From NCBI GenBank assembly GCA_902611225.1, contig CACLYZ010000003.1, positions 13,115-77,114 on the forward strand: 64,000 bases of DNA, written 5' to 3'. Numbering within the stretch: position 1 is the stretch's first letter; each line of letters starts with the position of its first letter. The notes under the pieces were generated by a model. That model saw only the letters and a program-made list of their open reading frames with translations. It did not search any database and was not told the origin of the DNA. The DNA is from an uncultured Prochlorococcus sp. (GTDB taxonomy: Bacteria; Cyanobacteriota; Cyanobacteriia; PCC-6307; Cyanobiaceae). Both the position numbers and the translations under genes were made by a program. Shown in pieces: positions 60,950 to 64,000 of this stretch.

Positions 60950-61659
60950 GTTTTAGATTCTTTTTTAGAGAATCCCCAAATGAAAGCAAAAATAATCAAA
61001 ATATAAAAATAATAGTCTGGAAGAATAGATTCTTTAATTAACGTATTTAGTAAAAGTTTAATTCCAACGATTAAAATTGCTACGTAACCAGCTGTTTCTA
61101 ATCTGGAAAATATATCCAAAAGTTTTAGAAAAATCCCCGATGTAAATCTCAAGGCTAATACTCCAATTACTGCTCCAAATATAATTAATATGTATTGATC
61201 GCTGATAGCTACTGCAGTAGTGATACTGTCTATAGAAAATGCAAAATCAGTAATTGAAAGAAGCGCTACAACCCTTAAGAACCTAAAATTATTTTTATTA
61301 TTATCTGTCCCATTTTCAGTGTTTTCTATATTTGAATTAAAAAAAACATTAGAGATAAATAAGTATATTAAATAAAAACCAGCAAAAACTCTAATAAGAA
61401 TAAATTTTAGAAGAACATTAGATAATATGATGAGAATAATTCTAAATAATAAAGATATCGTTATACCAATATTTAAGGCTCTTGACCTTAATTCTGAACT
61501 GTCTAGGGATTTAGTTAGAGAAGCTAATGCGACAGCATTATCTGCCGATAATAATAATTCTAGAGTAATTAATATTGGTAAAAGTGTAATGATTTCGTAC
61601 CAACTATCTACCTGATCTAGTGTGGGTATAAAAGAATTTATCGCGGCTGAATCCATCAA
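60946..61659 (-). CDS. TerC-family integral membrane protein
   Basis: LELLLSADNAV and DFAFSIDSI motifs. Confidence 0.9.
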   Translation of the reverse strand: MMDSAAINSFIPTLDQVDSWYEIITLLPILITLELLLSADNAVALASLTKSLDSSELRSRALNIGITISLLFRIILIILSNVLLKFILIRVFAGFYLIYLFISNVFFNSNIENTENGTDNNKNNFRFLRVVALLSITDFAFSIDSITTAVAISDQYILIIFGAVIGVLALRFTSGIFLKLLDIFSRLETAGYVAILIVGIKLLLNTLIKESILPDYYFYILIIFAFIWGFSKKESKT

Positions 61660-61730
61660 ATATTATTCACAATCAGTATAAAATCTAATATAATAGATCG
61701 GTTATTTGTAATCAAGATTGATAGCCATAA

Positions 61731-64000
61731 ATGAGTTTAAATACTTTAGTTGATTATGTTTCGAACTCACAAATTACTTCTGAATTAATAAAAAGAATTT
61801 CAAAAAATAATGAATTAAATATTGTTGGTTCAAGTAGATATGCAAAATCAATAATATTAGATAGCATCGCAAAAAAAGAGGAAAAAAATATATTATTAAT
61901 TTGTCCTAATGTAGAAATTGCCTACAAATGGATTGGTTATTTTGAAAGTATAAATGATAAAGCAGTGTTATATTATCCTCCTACAGAACATCTACCATAC
62001 TCATCAATTAATAAATCCAAAGAGATTGAATTTAGTCAGCTTACTGTTTTATCCAAATTAATAAAAAAGAAGAAAAATGAACTTAATATTGTTATATCAA
62101 CTGAGAGATCACTACAACCTCATCTAATAAATAAAAACCTATTAATTGAAAACAAGTTAGATTTGCAAAAAGGAGATCAAATCGAGATTCAAGAATTAGC
62201 AAATAAACTTACTTTGTTGGGCTATACAAAGGATAATGTAACTTCAACTGAAGGATTCTGGAGTAGGAGAGGGGAAATAATAGATATTTATCCTGTCAAT
62301 AATGAGTTTCCTATAAGATTAGAATTTTTTGATAATGTCATTGAGAAAATAAGAGAATATGATCCCCATACACAGAAAACATTAGAAAGTATAAATAATA
62401 TTGAAATAATACAGGCTGGATTTGATTTGCTAATAAAAGATAATTTAAATAATTTATCCAAGAATAATCTTTTTAATTCAGAAGATATAAATAGAAATAA
62501 TCTTGATCGTTATTTAGGAATAATTGAAGAAAAACCCTCAAACATAATAGATTTTATAAATAGGGAAACAATTCTTGTAATTGATGAATTAGAAGATTGT
62601 AAAAAATTTGCAAATAATTGGTATCTAGATTCAGAAAGTAATTTTGATAATTGTAGGTATGAATTAAATGAGAACCTTAAAAATAATGACATTAATTTAG
62701 AGGCCAAACCTAATTTGCATTTAAAGTTTGACGAAATATTAAAATCACTAGGAAATTTTAATTTAATAAAATTTTATGAATTTGAATCTAAAATCAATAT
62801 CGATAATAGATTTTTGTTAAACGATAAAAGATTAAATTCATACTCTAAAAATGTAGGGAAATTATCCAATGATATAAATAAAAACATAAAAAATAATGAA
62901 AAAGTATGGATATTATCAGCACAACCATTGAGAACAAGGACTATACTTTTTGAGCACGAATGTAATGCAAACTTCTTAAACAATCCTAATGATATTGATG
63001 AAGCATATAAGTCAATTAATAATTCAACTCCTCTAATTTTAAAAAATAAGAACAATTACGAAATCGAGGGGTTTTATCTTCCGATATGGAAAGTTGTCCT
63101 GATAACAGATAAAGAATTATTTTCACAACAATCTCTTTTTAATAATGTATTCATAAGAAGAAAAAAAAGAAGTGTCAATTCAAATATAAATGTAAATAAG
63201 ATTAGTCCCGGTGATTTTATAGTTCATAAAAATCATGGAATAGGAAAATTTTTAAAAATAGAAAAAATAAATATAACTGGAGATTCAAGAGATTATTTAG
63301 TCATTCAGTATCAAGATGGAAAGATAAGTGTTGCCGCTGATCAACTTGGTAGTGTTAACAGATATAGATCAAGCGGAAAAATAAAGCCGAAAATAAATAA
63401 ATTAGGAGGGACAGAATGGGAAAAAATAAAAGAAAAAAATAAGAAACAAATCAAAAAAGTTGCTGTCGATATTTTAAAACTTTATGCAAAGAGAGAAAAA
63501 TTAAAGGGTTACATTTACCCAGAAGATGGTCCTTGGCAAGATGAATTAGAGGAATCATTCCCTTATCAACCAACACCTGACCAAATTACTGCTGTAGAAG
63601 AAATAAAATCTGATATGGAAAGCGAAAAGCCAATGGACAGGTTAGTTTGTGGAGATGTAGGATTTGGCAAAACAGAAGTAGCTGTTCGGGCTATTTTTAA
63701 GGCTATTACATCAGGCAAACAGGTAATATTACTTTCACCTACAACAATCCTAGCTCAGCAACATTGGAGGACAATAACTAATAGATTTTCACCTTACCCA
63801 ATAAAAGTATCATTACTCAATAGATTCAAAACTGTTAATGAAAGAAAGGAAATCTATGCAGGTTTGAAAAATAACAAAATTGATTTAGTTGTAGCAACGC
63901 ACCAAATTTTAGGAAAAGAAATAGAAATTAAAAACTTAGGACTACTAGTTATTGATGAAGAACAAAGATTTGGAGTAAGGCAAAAGGAGAAAATAAAAAA
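61731..64000 (+). CDS. mfd: Transcription-repair coupling factor (5' part; runs off the window)
   Basis: Manual reading: WSRRGEIIDIYP, VHKNHGIGKF, MDRLVCGDVGFGKTEVA, DEEQRFGVRQKE. Confidence 0.95.
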   Translation, partial: MSLNTLVDYVSNSQITSELIKRISKNNELNIVGSSRYAKSIILDSIAKKEEKNILLICPNVEIAYKWIGYFESINDKAVLYYPPTEHLPYSSINKSKEIEFSQLTVLSKLIKKKKNELNIVISTERSLQPHLINKNLLIENKLDLQKGDQIEIQELANKLTLLGYTKDNVTSTEGFWSRRGEIIDIYPVNNEFPIRLEFFDNVIEKIREYDPHTQKTLESINNIEIIQAGFDLLIKDNLNNLSKNNLFNSEDINRNNLDRYLGIIEEKPSNIIDFINRETILVIDELEDCKKFANNWYLDSESNFDNCRYELNENLKNNDINLEAKPNLHLKFDEILKSLGNFNLIKFYEFESKINIDNRFLLNDKRLNSYSKNVGKLSNDINKNIKNNEKVWILSAQPLRTRTILFEHECNANFLNNPNDIDEAYKSINNSTPLILKNKNNYEIEGFYLPIWKVVLITDKELFSQQSLFNNVFIRRKKRSVNSNINVNKISPGDFIVHKNHGIGKFLKIEKINITGDSRDYLVIQYQDGKISVAADQLGSVNRYRSSGKIKPKINKLGGTEWEKIKEKNKKQIKKVAVDILKLYAKREKLKGYIYPEDGPWQDELEESFPYQPTPDQITAVEEIKSDMESEKPMDRLVCGDVGFGKTEVAVRAIFKAITSGKQVILLSPTTILAQQHWRTITNRFSPYPIKVSLLNRFKTVNERKEIYAGLKNNKIDLVVATHQILGKEIEIKNLGLLVIDEEQRFGVRQKEKIK

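Overview
AT-rich, gene-dense chromosomal DNA from a marine picocyanobacterium, almost certainly a high-light Prochlorococcus marinus (inferred from gene content and order, composition, psb30 and acsF). Most of the window is core genome: hisZ (partial), suhB, ferredoxin, tRNA-Ser(GGA), dnaK/dnaJ, ribBA, argC, purN, pgi, leuS, dapF, cysteine desulfurase, dacB, coaD, uvrC, hemJ, cobN, ilvE, metH, pheT, rpmG, rpsR, metG, cobU, trmL, tRNA-Met(CAT), clpS, 2-Cys peroxiredoxin, ftsH, rpmF, psb30, a UPF0016 half-transporter pair, acsF, tldD/pmbA, fmt, TerC and mfd (partial). Two regions stand out. (1) 31.9-33.7 kb: a ribbon-helix-helix/J-domain fusion gene is followed by three copies of a fixed-spacing 51-bp composite repeat (two direct, one inverted) and an att-like segment, together a candidate DNA-site/protein system. 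(2) 42.3-46.8 kb: a small island behind tRNA-Met packed with microproteins, including an RHH gene bracketed by identical palindromes, a candidate sRNA and a pilin-like 57-aa protein. An FtsH and an RNase R-like protein lack their catalytic residues. No CRISPR array, rRNA, integrase or transposase was seen. All calls come from motif recognition by eye; no database searches were run.
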